Shown piece after piece: positions 33,075-42,124 of a stretch of 64,000 nt of DNA; the stretch's first letter is position 1, and every line of letters starts with the position of its first letter. The notes below the pieces were generated by a model. It had not been told where the DNA came from. It did no database searches and worked only from the letters and a program-made list of their open reading frames with translations. A program made the translations under genes and the position numbers. The stretch is from Granulicella sp. (GTDB lineage: Bacteria; Acidobacteriota; Terriglobia; Terriglobales; Acidobacteriaceae): contig DAHWNL010000015.1 in the NCBI GenBank assembly GCA_027339965.1, positions 1 through 64,000 of the forward strand, read 5' to 3'.

Positions 33075-33090
33075 CGATTCAGTGTAGCCT

Positions 33091-33132
33091 TCCGGCGCTT
33101 TGCAACGCTGTCTGCGGCGGCAAAGCGCCGGA
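33091..33132. other. 13-bp inverted repeat just upstream of the CE4 start codon
   Basis: TCCGGCGCTTTGC-N16-GCAAAGCGCCGGA. Confidence 0.7.
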
Positions 33133-33169
33133 GTTGCTGCGGTAGCGGGCCAGGCACTGACGGCGGCAG

Positions 33170-33217
33170 GGCTTGACAGCTCAGGCGCGGCCAAGGCCGC
33201 GCCTGAGCTGTCAAGCC
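33170..33217 (-). terminator. 23-bp perfect inverted repeat with a 2-nt loop downstream of rplT
   Basis: GGCTTGACAGCTCAGGCGCGGCC-AA-GGCCGCGCCTGAGCTGTCAAGCC. Confidence 0.6.
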
Positions 33218-33235
33218 GATGGAAAGAAAATTCGC

Positions 33236-33619
33236 TTAAGCCGCCTCGCGTGTTTTTTGGGCGGCCTCCAGCGCATCCTTGGCCGAGACTGCCAAGGCGG
33301 CAAAGCCCGCCGCGTCGTTGGCGGCGATATCGGCCAGCACCTTGCGGTCCAGGGAGATGCCCGCCTTCCGCAGGCCGTTGATGAAGGTGGAGTAACTCAT
33401 TCCGTTGAGCTTGCAGGCAGCATTGATGCGCACGATCCAGAGCGAACGGAACTGGCGCTTCTTCTGCTTGCGGCCGATGTAGGCAAACTTCAGGCCGCGT
33501 TCCACGGCCTCCTGCGCTGCCTGGTAAAGCTTGGATTTGGTCAGAAAATAGCCGCTGGCGCGCTTTAAAATCTTCTTTCGGCGGTCAGTGCGTTTGGTGC
33601 TCCGTTTGACACGGGCCAT
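33236..33619 (-). CDS. rplT: 50S ribosomal protein bL20
   Basis: MARVKR...[19 protein letters not shown]...[10 protein letters not shown]. Confidence 0.98.
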   Translation of the reverse strand: MARVKRSTKRTDRRKKILKRASGYFLTKSKLYQAAQEAVERGLKFAYIGRKQKKRQFRSLWIVRINAACKLNGMSYSTFINGLRKAGISLDRKVLADIAANDAAGFAALAVSAKDALEAAQKTREAA

Positions 33620-33865
33620 GGTGGATCTCCTTTTTTTGTCAGCGCCGCTGGTCTTGCGGGGTCGCTGGTGTTGCTTGCGTCCGAGGGCCGCTTATGATTT
33701 GCTCGGCTTTTTGCTTTTAGCCAGGCTGGAGGTAAGGTTGACCTCTTCACACAGGCTTGCTGCTTCGAATCTCAGTGGGCTCGATCCCGATCCCAGAGGC
33801 CTGTACGCTTGGCGGCCCTTCGCTTCTTCACGGCTCGATTCGAAAACTCCATCTGCTGCAACGCC
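33620..33865 (-). ncRNA. Candidate structured cis-regulatory RNA in the rpmI-rplT spacer
   Basis: Nested complements: AGGGCCGC 33684/GCGGCCCT 33812, ACAGGC 33751/GCCTGT 33799, GAGGT 33729/ACCTC 33741, TGGG 33776/CCCA 33792. Confidence 0.4.
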
Positions 33866-34063
33866 TCAGGCGTAGGGCAGCATGCGTGCGACCTTGGGCG
33901 CATCCGCCTCGGAGACGAGTACGATCCGGCCCAGTTTGGACTTGGTCTGGTTCGACTTTGAGGTGAGGATGTGACGCATCTTCGTCTGACCGCGTTTGAA
34001 TTTGCCCGTAGCGGTCTTCTTGAAGCGCTTGGCTGCGCCCGAGTGGGTTTTTAGCTTTGGCAT
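33866..34063 (-). CDS. rpmI: 50S ribosomal protein bL35
   Basis: [24 protein letters not shown]...RHILTSKS...MLPY. Confidence 0.97.
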   Translation of the reverse strand: MPKLKTHSGAAKRFKKTATGKFKRGQTKMRHILTSKSNQTKSKLGRIVLVSEADAPKVARMLPYA

Positions 34064-34068
34064 GATGG

Positions 34069-34140
34069 TTCCTGGAGATTCCTGCAAGATCTTAGTAGAT
34101 TTCTGGAAAATCCCGGAAAGTTCCTGAAAATTCCTGTAGG
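34069..34140. repeat. Seven ~10-bp TTCCTG-type units (CAGGAA on the mRNA strand) in the rpmI leader
   Basis: TTCCTGGAGA TTCCTGCAAGA TCTTAGTAGA TTTCTGGAAAA TCCCGGAAAG TTCCTGAAAA TTCCTGTAGG; 30/72 G+C. Confidence 0.75.
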
Positions 34141-34204
34141 AATCGTGCTATTGGACAACGCTATTCAGAATACCATGTTTCGCCCAGAATCCCTGATTTT
34201 CCTG

Positions 34205-34858
34205 CTAGCTTGAAGCGGCATCGCGTAGGCCGGCCGCCGCCGCCCGTTCGTGGGGCTGGGCGATCCGCACCGTCGCCATGCCTGCGGCTTTGGCGGCCTG
34301 AATGCCGATCTCGGCGTCCTCAAAGACCAGGCAGTGCTCGGGCGCAACCCCCAGACGCTGCGCAGCCAGCAAAAACGGGTCCGGCGCCGGCTTGGAACGG
34401 GCATATTCGCCCGCGCAGACCAGAGTGTCAAACAGATGCAGAATCTTCAGCGCCTCCAGCGACCGCACCACCGACTCGCGCGTGCTGCCGGAGACCACGG
34501 CGAACGGAATCCGGCCGTGCTGGAGGTGAATCTGCTCCAAAACCTCCGGTACGGGCTGGAGCTGGTCGATCCATTCATAGTAAAGGCTCTCCTTTCGGTG
34601 GCTGAACTCCGCAATTGGGATGCTAAGCCCATCGCGACGGTTGAGTTCGGCGACAATGGCTGCCACCGGCCTTCCACCCCAGGCGTAGAAGAGATCCTCG
34701 GTAAAGGAGGTGCAGCCGTACTCCTTCAGCGCCTGGGTCCAGGCGATGAAGTGAATCGGCATGGAGTCGGCGATGGTGCCGTCGCAGTCGAAGAGATAGG
34801 CTCGGAAGTCGCCCTCGGGCAGAGTCAGCAGCATACCTGTCCAGTCTACCTGCCGCAT
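34205..34858 (-). CDS. HAD-superfamily phosphatase (YqaB/beta-PGM-like)
   Basis: FDCDGT, VVSGS, KPAPD, FEDA.IGIQAAKAAGM; alternative start at 34834. Confidence 0.9.
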   Translation of the reverse strand: MRQVDWTGMLLTLPEGDFRAYLFDCDGTIADSMPIHFIAWTQALKEYGCTSFTEDLFYAWGGRPVAAIVAELNRRDGLSIPIAEFSHRKESLYYEWIDQLQPVPEVLEQIHLQHGRIPFAVVSGSTRESVVRSLEALKILHLFDTLVCAGEYARSKPAPDPFLLAAQRLGVAPEHCLVFEDAEIGIQAAKAAGMATVRIAQPHERAAAAGLRDAASS

Positions 34859-34878
34859 ACCGGACTCACTTCCCTCGG

Positions 34879-37059
34879 CTACTCCTCCAGCTCCTCCACC
34901 GGGCGCTTGGAGTTGGCGATGATCTTGTCCGCGATGGCGCCGGGGACAAAGTCGTAGTGATCCATCTCCATGCGGAAGCTGCCTTCGCCGCGAGTCATCG
35001 AGGTCAGGGTGGTTCCGTAGCTCAGCATCTCGGCCAGCGGCACCTGCGCGCTCACCACGGCGCGTTGACCCTGCGTCTCCATGCCCTGCACTCGGCCCCG
35101 GCGACTGTTCAGGTCGCCCACCACGGCTCCGGCGGCCGCGTCGGGGATGTCGATCTCCACGCGCATGATGGGCTCCAGCAGCGCCGGCCGGGCCTGCTCC
35201 ATGCATGCCCGGAACGCGAGACGGCCGGCAATCTTGAAGGCCATCTCGCTGGAATCCACCTCGTGGAAGCTGCCGTCAAAGACCGTGGCGCGGAAGTCCA
35301 CCATCGGATAGCCGGCCAGGTAACCACGCATGGCCGTCTCCTGAATCCCCTTTTCGATGGCCGGGACGAACTGGCGGGGGATGGCTCCGCCGAAGATATC
35401 GTTGATGAACTCAAAGCCGGCGCCGCGCGGCAACGGCTCCATGCGGATCTTGCAGTCGCCGAACTGGCCGTGGCCGCCGCTCTGCTTCTTGTGCCGGCCG
35501 TGGCCGGTCGCCGCGGCGCGGATGGTCTCCCGGTAGGGGACTTTGGGGCTCTTGAGCGTTACCTCGGTGTGGTAGCGGCGGCGCAGCTTGGAAACCACCG
35601 CTTCGATGTGCATCTGTCCGGCGCCGGCCAGCAGAAAGTCGTTGGTCTGGGGGTCGCGGTAGAAGCGCAATAGCAGGTCCTCTTCCATCAGCTTGTGCAG
35701 CGCGGGCGCCAGCTTGTCCTCATCCGCGCGCGATTTGGGCTCGATCGCATAGGTCATCGCCGGCTCCGGCGCGGGTACGGCATCGATGCGCAGATCGTGG
35801 CCCTTAACTCCCAGCGTGTCGCCCGTCTGGGTGACGCGCAGCTTGGCCACTACGCCCAGATCGCCGGCGTGCAACTCGGCCACCTCCACCAGCTTCCGGC
35901 CCTGCATCACGCCGACATGGGTCAGGCGCTCCGTCTCTCCACGGTTGTAGTTCTCCATTGAGATCTCATTGCGAATGCAGCCGCTGATCACTTTGAAGAA
36001 AGAGATGCGGCCGGCAAACGGATCCACCAGGGTCTTGTAGACGAAGAGGGTCGCGGGCTGGGCGTCGTCGACCGAGCACAGGATGGTGTCGTCACCGCTC
36101 TCGGTCTGGGCTCCGGCAACAGCCTCCGACGCCCCAGCCGAGGCGCCGCTCCCGCCGGCCTTGCCGTTCCCGCGCGACAGCGCCCCGCGCAGCGTGTGCG
36201 CCGCGATCGGCGGGCGTTCATGCGGGGACGGCACGTACACTTCGATAAAGTCCAGCAGGTGATCCGTGGCCACATTGGACAGGGCGCTGGTGTACAGGAT
36301 GGGGAAGATGCGGTCCTCACGGATGGCCTCATGGATCGCCTGCACCAGGTGCTCCTGGGGAATTGTACCCACGGCGAAGAACTCCTCCATCAGTTCGTCC
36401 TTGCCCTCAGCCACCAGCTCCACCAGAGCCTCATGCGCTGCCTTGGCCTGGGCTTCCAGTTCGGCGGGAATGGGGCCGCGGACGCCGATGCCATCGCTGC
36501 GCGGGGTATAAAGGAATGCCTCCATCGTCACCAGATCCACCACTCCATGGAAGCCCTGCTGGGCAACGATGGGAAGCTGCACCGGAATCACCTGACGGCC
36601 AAATCGCTCGCGCAGCCCTTCCACCAGCAGATCGCGCTCGGCCTTGGAGGCCGTCCTGGCATGATCTGCCTGGTTAATCACCAGCACGCGCGGCAGGTTC
36701 ATCTCCTCCGCGTACTTCCACACCGTGCTCGTGACGCTTTCGACGCCGTTCTGGGCGTTGATCACCACCACAGCCGCTTCGGCGGGGACCATGGCCGCCA
36801 GAGCTTCATAGACGAAAAGATGGAAGCCAGGCGTATCGATCAGGTTGATGCGCGTTCCGTGCCACTCTGCAAAGGCTACGGCGTTGGACATGGTCATGCC
36901 CCGGGCAATCTCTTCTTCGTCGTAGGCGGTCACCGCCCCGCCATTGTCGGTGGGCGTGCGGGCCGTCTTGAGCATCGCGGAGATCAGAGCGGTCTTGCCA
37001 CAGTGTGAGTGCCCGACGAGCGCAATGTTGCGGATATCTGAACTGGCATAACTCTTCAT
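34879..37059 (-). CDS. Elongation factor G paralogue (EF-G2-like)
   Basis: GHSHCGKT, DTPG, PYRETI, KKQSGGHGQFG, DGSFHEVDSSEMAF, LLEPIM; G2 and G4 motifs are divergent. Confidence 0.9.
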   Translation of the reverse strand: MKSYASSDIRNIALVGHSHCGKTALISAMLKTARTPTDNGGAVTAYDEEEIARGMTMSNAVAFAEWHGTRINLIDTPGFHLFVYEALAAMVPAEAAVVVINAQNGVESVTSTVWKYAEEMNLPRVLVINQADHARTASKAERDLLVEGLRERFGRQVIPVQLPIVAQQGFHGVVDLVTMEAFLYTPRSDGIGVRGPIPAELEAQAKAAHEALVELVAEGKDELMEEFFAVGTIPQEHLVQAIHEAIREDRIFPILYTSALSNVATDHLLDFIEVYVPSPHERPPIAAHTLRGALSRGNGKAGGSGASAGASEAVAGAQTESGDDTILCSVDDAQPATLFVYKTLVDPFAGRISFFKVISGCIRNEISMENYNRGETERLTHVGVMQGRKLVEVAELHAGDLGVVAKLRVTQTGDTLGVKGHDLRIDAVPAPEPAMTYAIEPKSRADEDKLAPALHKLMEEDLLLRFYRDPQTNDFLLAGAGQMHIEAVVSKLRRRYHTEVTLKSPKVPYRETIRAAATGHGRHKKQSGGHGQFGDCKIRMEPLPRGAGFEFINDIFGGAIPRQFVPAIEKGIQETAMRGYLAGYPMVDFRATVFDGSFHEVDSSEMAFKIAGRLAFRACMEQARPALLEPIMRVEIDIPDAAAGAVVGDLNSRRGRVQGMETQGQRAVVSAQVPLAEMLSYGTTLTSMTRGEGSFRMEMDHYDFVPGAIADKIIANSKRPVEELEE

Positions 37060-37231
37060 CCCCATCCCCATCTCCTTGGCAACGTTCGCTCAGACGCTTC
37101 CGAATGGTCAGCGGCGGAGGCGGTCGCTGCCAACGTTCTCGGAAGACCCATCGTCAACCACGCCATTCTAGATCGCAAATCGCCGGATTGCAGTGCCGCC
37201 TTCTTTGCATGCCCGGCGACGGCTCTTCTGC

Positions 37232-37822
37232 CTATCGGGCCTGCGGCGAAGGCGAAGCGAAGCTGGAAGAAGGCGCGGAGCCGGAAGAGGGGTCTTGGGC
37301 GGAAGCCGGAGCCGAGTCGGCCACGCCGGCCAGAATGTCCCGCAAGCTGTGCAGTTGCGCCGGACTCATCAGCACCACGGCATCCTTACCGCAGTCGGCG
37401 GCAAAGGCGCCACGCCCTTTCAGGAAGGGAGGCACAGTGTCACCCCCCCGCCAGCGCACCCGCCAATCCCCGTTGGGCTCCCGGGAGAGAACGGTAAGCC
37501 TGCCCCCGGGCTGCTTGGCGTCGGCCATGTAGTCGGGTTCGAAGGCACAGGTTCTGACTCCATTCACCGGCTGCCCCATGGACCGGATCTGGCGTACAAC
37601 GAACCCCGTGGAGAGGGGATTCTGCGCCCACTCGGCGATGTTGGCGTCCCCGGGGGCGAGACGGAGAACATCTCCGGCGCGCAGCGGCCAGGGAGGAACC
37701 GCTGCCTTGGGATGATTGAGATCCCCGCCCCAACGGAACCACCACACGCCTGCGGCAACGGCCAGGATGGCGGGAATGAGAGTGCGGAAGATCAACAGCG
37801 GTCCAGGGCGCCGGGTAGACAT
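37232..37822 (-). CDS. Hypothetical membrane-anchored protein
   Basis: N-terminal hydrophobic segment (LIPAILAVAAGVWWF); two Cys; Ser/Ala/Pro-rich tail; co-oriented with its neighbours. Confidence 0.6.
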   Translation of the reverse strand: MSTRRPGPLLIFRTLIPAILAVAAGVWWFRWGGDLNHPKAAVPPWPLRAGDVLRLAPGDANIAEWAQNPLSTGFVVRQIRSMGQPVNGVRTCAFEPDYMADAKQPGGRLTVLSREPNGDWRVRWRGGDTVPPFLKGRGAFAADCGKDAVVLMSPAQLHSLRDILAGVADSAPASAQDPSSGSAPSSSFASPSPQAR

Positions 37823-37916
37823 GCTCCCGTCGAGGATATCGCAGGGACCCGTCCGGGTGTTGCGCTGCGACGCCGAACATCACGGCTCGGCCAAACGCCA
37901 ATGCCGGCCCTTTGGC

Positions 37917-38372
37917 TCAGGCGTAGATTGCTGCCTCAAACTGCTCTATTAATGCCTGATTCCACTGGTGAGTATGCCTTCGCCAACTCTCGCCTTGTTC
38001 CTGAAGGTAGTTGGGGAAGTCGCTTCTGCAGAAGCTGAGCCGGGCGGCAAAGTCAACGAACGCCTGAGCGGCGCCGTCGATGTAGAGCACGCACTGCTCT
38101 CCGGAGCGCGACCACTGGATGCTGGCCAAGCGCTGCCTCTCCGGCTCAGGCAGGAAGGAGCGGTTGTAGATCAGCATGGCATCCAGCACACTTTGTTCCG
38201 AAACCTCTTGCCCACCCGGCTCCAGAACTCCGTGTACTCGCGGTTGCCGGGAGCGATCGCAGGCGTAAAGATAGCCTGCCGGCCCCTCGTCCTCAAAGAT
38301 CGCCGTCCAGGGAGCCAGCGGGGAGTCGGAGCAGAGAAAGGCGCGGCCCGCCGTAAAGGTAAGAGAGTCCAT
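37917..38372 (-). CDS. DUF2251-like protein
   Basis: IFEDEGPAGYLYA, VLDAMLIYN, IQWSRSG, LYIDG...FVDF pattern. Confidence 0.7.
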   Translation of the reverse strand: MDSLTFTAGRAFLCSDSPLAPWTAIFEDEGPAGYLYACDRSRQPRVHGVLEPGGQEVSEQSVLDAMLIYNRSFLPEPERQRLASIQWSRSGEQCVLYIDGAAQAFVDFAARLSFCRSDFPNYLQEQGESWRRHTHQWNQALIEQFEAAIYA

Positions 38373-38585
38373 TCTTCCCAAGTGTAGCGGAGCGGTCCTT
38401 GGCTGCAACTCCAAAACCGGGGAAGCGCAGCCGGGGGGAGGCAAGGCCGCCCAAGCGAAGCAGTTCTGCGTCTCGTTGCCTGCACAGCTACCTGGCCGGC
38501 CACTCCACAAAGCAAGAGCCTACTTCGACCACCTGCGCCGGTCGGCAGGGTCCTTCCTTCGCAATCCGATACACTTGCTCAAAGA

Positions 38586-39791
38586 ATGAGATTGCGTGGG
38601 TTCTCCATCGAGCGGCCGCAACGAGTCGCTGCGCTGCTCCTGCTGGTTCTCCTCGGCCAGTGCCTGTGGACCATCGGTCACCAGCCTTTGGACGCCAACG
38701 ACTTCCGCTACGCTCGCTGCGGGCGAGAGATGTGGGAGCGTCCGTCCATCCTGCAGGGCTACTTCACCACCTGCGGCAACATGAACGGTGACGGCGTGCT
38801 GGCCTACCGGCTGGCCGGCTTTCCTCTCACCGCGCAGCGGGTTCTGTTGCTGAGCATCGACCACCTTCGCAAGCCGGCCGACCGGCTTTACGCCAACGGC
38901 AGCCTCAACGGCACCACCTGGGAGGCGCGCCACGAACTCAGCTTCGTCAAATATCTGCTGCGTCTGCCCTTTGTCCTGTTTGCGGTATGGCTGGGAGGAG
39001 GGTTGTGGTGGGTGGCCAAACGACTGTTTGGCCCCGAGGGCGGAGCGTTCGCCTTGGCTCTTTATGTCTTTTGCCCCACCGTCGTTCGGTACGCCACCCA
39101 TCCGAACAATGAAGTCCTCGCCATGTGGGGCCTCTACGGGCTCATCTATACGTCCATCGGCGTAGGCCACGCCCTGCAGGGGCCAAGCCGAAAGTGGCGG
39201 CCGCGGATCATCCTGCTGACCGTGGCTCTGGGACTGACCGCGGCCGCCCATCTGCTGGCCGGCATCGTGGGATTCCTGGCCGGGATGGCGTTCTTCTTCT
39301 ATACCGCGGACCGGCGGCGCTCTCACGTCTCTCAGATCATGGTCTACGCCGCCATGGGCGCCATGCTGATCGTCTTTGCCGGCTTCAGCTTCAAGCTCTC
39401 AGCCTTTCTCTACGTCTTTATCGGCGGCAGCGCGCGAAGCTGGTTTGGACTCTTCGCGATGCATCGGTTTCTCACCCGACCGGCCAACGCCGGCATCGTC
39501 GTGGCCGCTGCGGTGGCGCTGGTGGTGTATCTGCGCAGCCGGCGCAGCCGATATTTTGGCAATACCGCGCCGATGCTCATGGCGTTGCTGCTGTTTCCGC
39601 TCTACACCACCCAGGTGGTGAGCGCGCCGTGGCTGTGGGCTTTGCCTTTTCTGTTCACCTTTATCGGTGGGGTCTTTGCCGACGCTCTGGAGAGCAAGCA
39701 GCGCAGACTGTTTCTCCTGCTCACCGTGGGCGTGGTGATCACCCAGGCTGCGCTATGCTGGGCCTCCATGGCCGGAGCCTTGTCCGGCTGA
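38586..39791 (+). CDS. Polytopic membrane protein, GT-C (GT39/ArnT/PMT)-like
   Basis: About 10 TM segments; RLPFVLF...VAKRLFG..GAFALALYVFCP pattern typical of PMT_2/ArnT-like proteins. Confidence 0.55.
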   Translation: MRLRGFSIERPQRVAALLLLVLLGQCLWTIGHQPLDANDFRYARCGREMWERPSILQGYFTTCGNMNGDGVLAYRLAGFPLTAQRVLLLSIDHLRKPADRLYANGSLNGTTWEARHELSFVKYLLRLPFVLFAVWLGGGLWWVAKRLFGPEGGAFALALYVFCPTVVRYATHPNNEVLAMWGLYGLIYTSIGVGHALQGPSRKWRPRIILLTVALGLTAAAHLLAGIVGFLAGMAFFFYTADRRRSHVSQIMVYAAMGAMLIVFAGFSFKLSAFLYVFIGGSARSWFGLFAMHRFLTRPANAGIVVAAAVALVVYLRSRRSRYFGNTAPMLMALLLFPLYTTQVVSAPWLWALPFLFTFIGGVFADALESKQRRLFLLLTVGVVITQAALCWASMAGALSG

Positions 39792-39946
39792 ACTGCGGAA
39801 GCAAAGCAGTGCGCCAACCGCCGCCTCTTGCCTGGCGCTTCACGTCAGGCTCCGTGGCATGCCGCCGATTGCCACTGGACCCTCACGGTCGGCACCGCCT
39901 CCCTCGTGTAGGCTTTCCTTACAGGGCTCGGCGGCCACTCCGCGAT

Positions 39947-41950
39947 ATGAACCTTCCTCCATCTGTTCTCCCCTGGGGTCATCTCCGCCGCATTGCGGCG
40001 GTTGGGCTCTGCGCCTGCGTTCTGGTGGCCATCTTCGGCTGCAGGGGGAGCGTCAAGGGATTCACCGCGCGCCTGCATCCGCGCCGGGCTACTTCGCCGC
40101 CCAACACCACGGACTACGCCGAGGAACTGGAGCGCCTGCTGCATGCCCCCACACTCGCCCAGTTGCGCTGGCCGGACTATTCCGCCGAGCAGGCCGCGGT
40201 GCAGAAGTTCTATGCGGACCGCGACCATGAATTGGCCTGGACGCGCGGCGGCCGACCGACTCCCTCAGCTCTGGTGATGCTCCATCAGTTTGAAGACGCC
40301 GCCGACAAGGGGCTGAACCCTGAGGACTACGATGCCTCGGATGGAACCGAGGGGCGTTGGGCGGATCGCCTCCAGCATTTGGCGCTGACCGCCCGCACAG
40401 GAGATGACTCCGCTTCCGCTCAGGATGCTATCGCCGGCTTTGATCTGGCCCTGACCATCTGCAGCGTGCGTTATCTGGAGGACCTGCACGCCGGGCGAAT
40501 CAATCCTGAGACGTTGAACTTCGATATCGATGTTCCTGAGAAGCGAGCAGCCTTCGATGTGGCAACACTGCTCAACGATCGCGTAGTTGACGCCTCTGAC
40601 ATTCCCTCGGTCATCCGGAGCGTGGAGCCCCAAAATCCGCTCTACCTGCGGACCGAGGAGGCGCTGGGAAACTATCGCCTGCTGGCCATGGAGGAAAGCG
40701 CAGCGCCGCCGCTTCCGCTGCCGGCCCTGCCTGCGGGCGCGCGGCCAGTGGGCATCGGAGGATGGTACGCCGCACTGCCGCGGCTGTGGGCTCGACTCCG
40801 GTTCCTTGGCGACACCCAGTCCAACTCCCAAGCCAACTCCCCGTCCAGATCTCAGTCCACATCTCAGACCAGCTCGAAGGTCAAAGGCAGCTCGGCCCCG
40901 GATGCCCGTCCGCAACCAACCGTCCCCGACGCCAGATCCTCCGCTTCGGGTGATTCTGTGGCCAGTTCGGCAAGCCGTCCTCCGCGGAGCTACACGCTGC
41001 AGGTGGCTCTGGCGGTCAAGCTCTACCAGAAGCAACACGGTCTGCAGCCCGATGGGCGGCTTGGTCCCGCCACCATCGCCAGCCTGAACACTCCCATGAG
41101 CGTGCGCGTGCAACAGTTGAACGACGCTCTGGAGCGCTGGCGGTGGCTGCCGCAGAACTATCTTCAGCCACGGTTGCTGGTGAACCTTCCCGAGTTCATG
41201 GTGCGCGTCTACGCCCCGGACAACACGCTGGCCTTCAAAATGAAGGTGGTGACCGGTGAGGCCAAAGACCACCACGCAACACCCATGTTTGTCCGGCTGA
41301 TGCGCTACGTGGTCTTCCGGCCCTACTGGAATCTGCCTCCCTCCATCATCCGCAAGGATCTTGTTCCGAATGTGAAGAAGAAGGGGCTGAAGTACCTTGC
41401 CGCCAACGACTACCAGCTCTACCGCGGCAATGGCGCGGTGGTCACTCGCTTCACCCTCCACGATCTGGAGCATCTGCGCTACAACGTGCGCCAGTTGCCG
41501 GGGCCAAAGAATGCCCTGGGACTGGTCAAGTTTCTCTTTCCCAACGCCTATGACGTCTACATGCACTCCACACCGGAGCTGAACCTCTTCAGCCTTACTC
41601 GCCGCGACCGTTCGCATGGCTGCGTCCGTCTGCAAAATGCCGCCCAGATGGCGCTGTGGGTGCTGCAAGGCGACGAGAAGGATCCGGATCAGCCCAGCGG
41701 GTGGGACGCCGACAAGATCGATCTGGCGATGACCGGGCCGCTGAACAATCGCACCGTCAATCTGCGCACGCCGCTTCCCGTGGTGATAGGGTACTTTACC
41801 GCGCTGCCGGATGAGGATGGCACCATCCACTTCTTTGACGACCTCTACGGCTACGACAAAGACCTGGAAGCCGCCCTGGCCAAGGGACGGCCTTATGAAC
41901 ACGCGGAGACGCCGATCCACACGATGCTTGCGCCCGGCGAGACCGAGTAG
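39947..41950 (+). CDS. YcbB/LdtD-type L,D-transpeptidase, probable lipoprotein
   Basis: LVAIFGC lipobox-like motif; YQKQHGLQPDG peptidoglycan-binding domain; VNLPEF, PYWNLP, NALGLVKFLFPN, YMHSTP...SHGCVRL. Confidence 0.92.
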   Translation: MNLPPSVLPWGHLRRIAAVGLCACVLVAIFGCRGSVKGFTARLHPRRATSPPNTTDYAEELERLLHAPTLAQLRWPDYSAEQAAVQKFYADRDHELAWTRGGRPTPSALVMLHQFEDAADKGLNPEDYDASDGTEGRWADRLQHLALTARTGDDSASAQDAIAGFDLALTICSVRYLEDLHAGRINPETLNFDIDVPEKRAAFDVATLLNDRVVDASDIPSVIRSVEPQNPLYLRTEEALGNYRLLAMEESAAPPLPLPALPAGARPVGIGGWYAALPRLWARLRFLGDTQSNSQANSPSRSQSTSQTSSKVKGSSAPDARPQPTVPDARSSASGDSVASSASRPPRSYTLQVALAVKLYQKQHGLQPDGRLGPATIASLNTPMSVRVQQLNDALERWRWLPQNYLQPRLLVNLPEFMVRVYAPDNTLAFKMKVVTGEAKDHHATPMFVRLMRYVVFRPYWNLPPSIIRKDLVPNVKKKGLKYLAANDYQLYRGNGAVVTRFTLHDLEHLRYNVRQLPGPKNALGLVKFLFPNAYDVYMHSTPELNLFSLTRRDRSHGCVRLQNAAQMALWVLQGDEKDPDQPSGWDADKIDLAMTGPLNNRTVNLRTPLPVVIGYFTALPDEDGTIHFFDDLYGYDKDLEAALAKGRPYEHAETPIHTMLAPGETE

Positions 41951-42124
41951 CGCTGCGCCGGCCGCGGCCGATCTAGGGCGAGACCTCCAGAATGCGGACG
42001 CGCGGATGCGGCGAACATCCTGGAAATGGGCAAAGGCGGCCGGGGATCCAGACCGTTTTTCCCTGTTCCCTGTTCGATTATTCTCAACAAAGTGCAGCCA
42101 ACACAAAACGACGGGATGTGCGGC

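Noticed and set aside
39125..39946. N-terminal extension of the 941-aa L,D-transpeptidase ORF
   Set aside because: It overlaps the GT-C-like gene out of frame; the lipoprotein-type leader begins at about 39947
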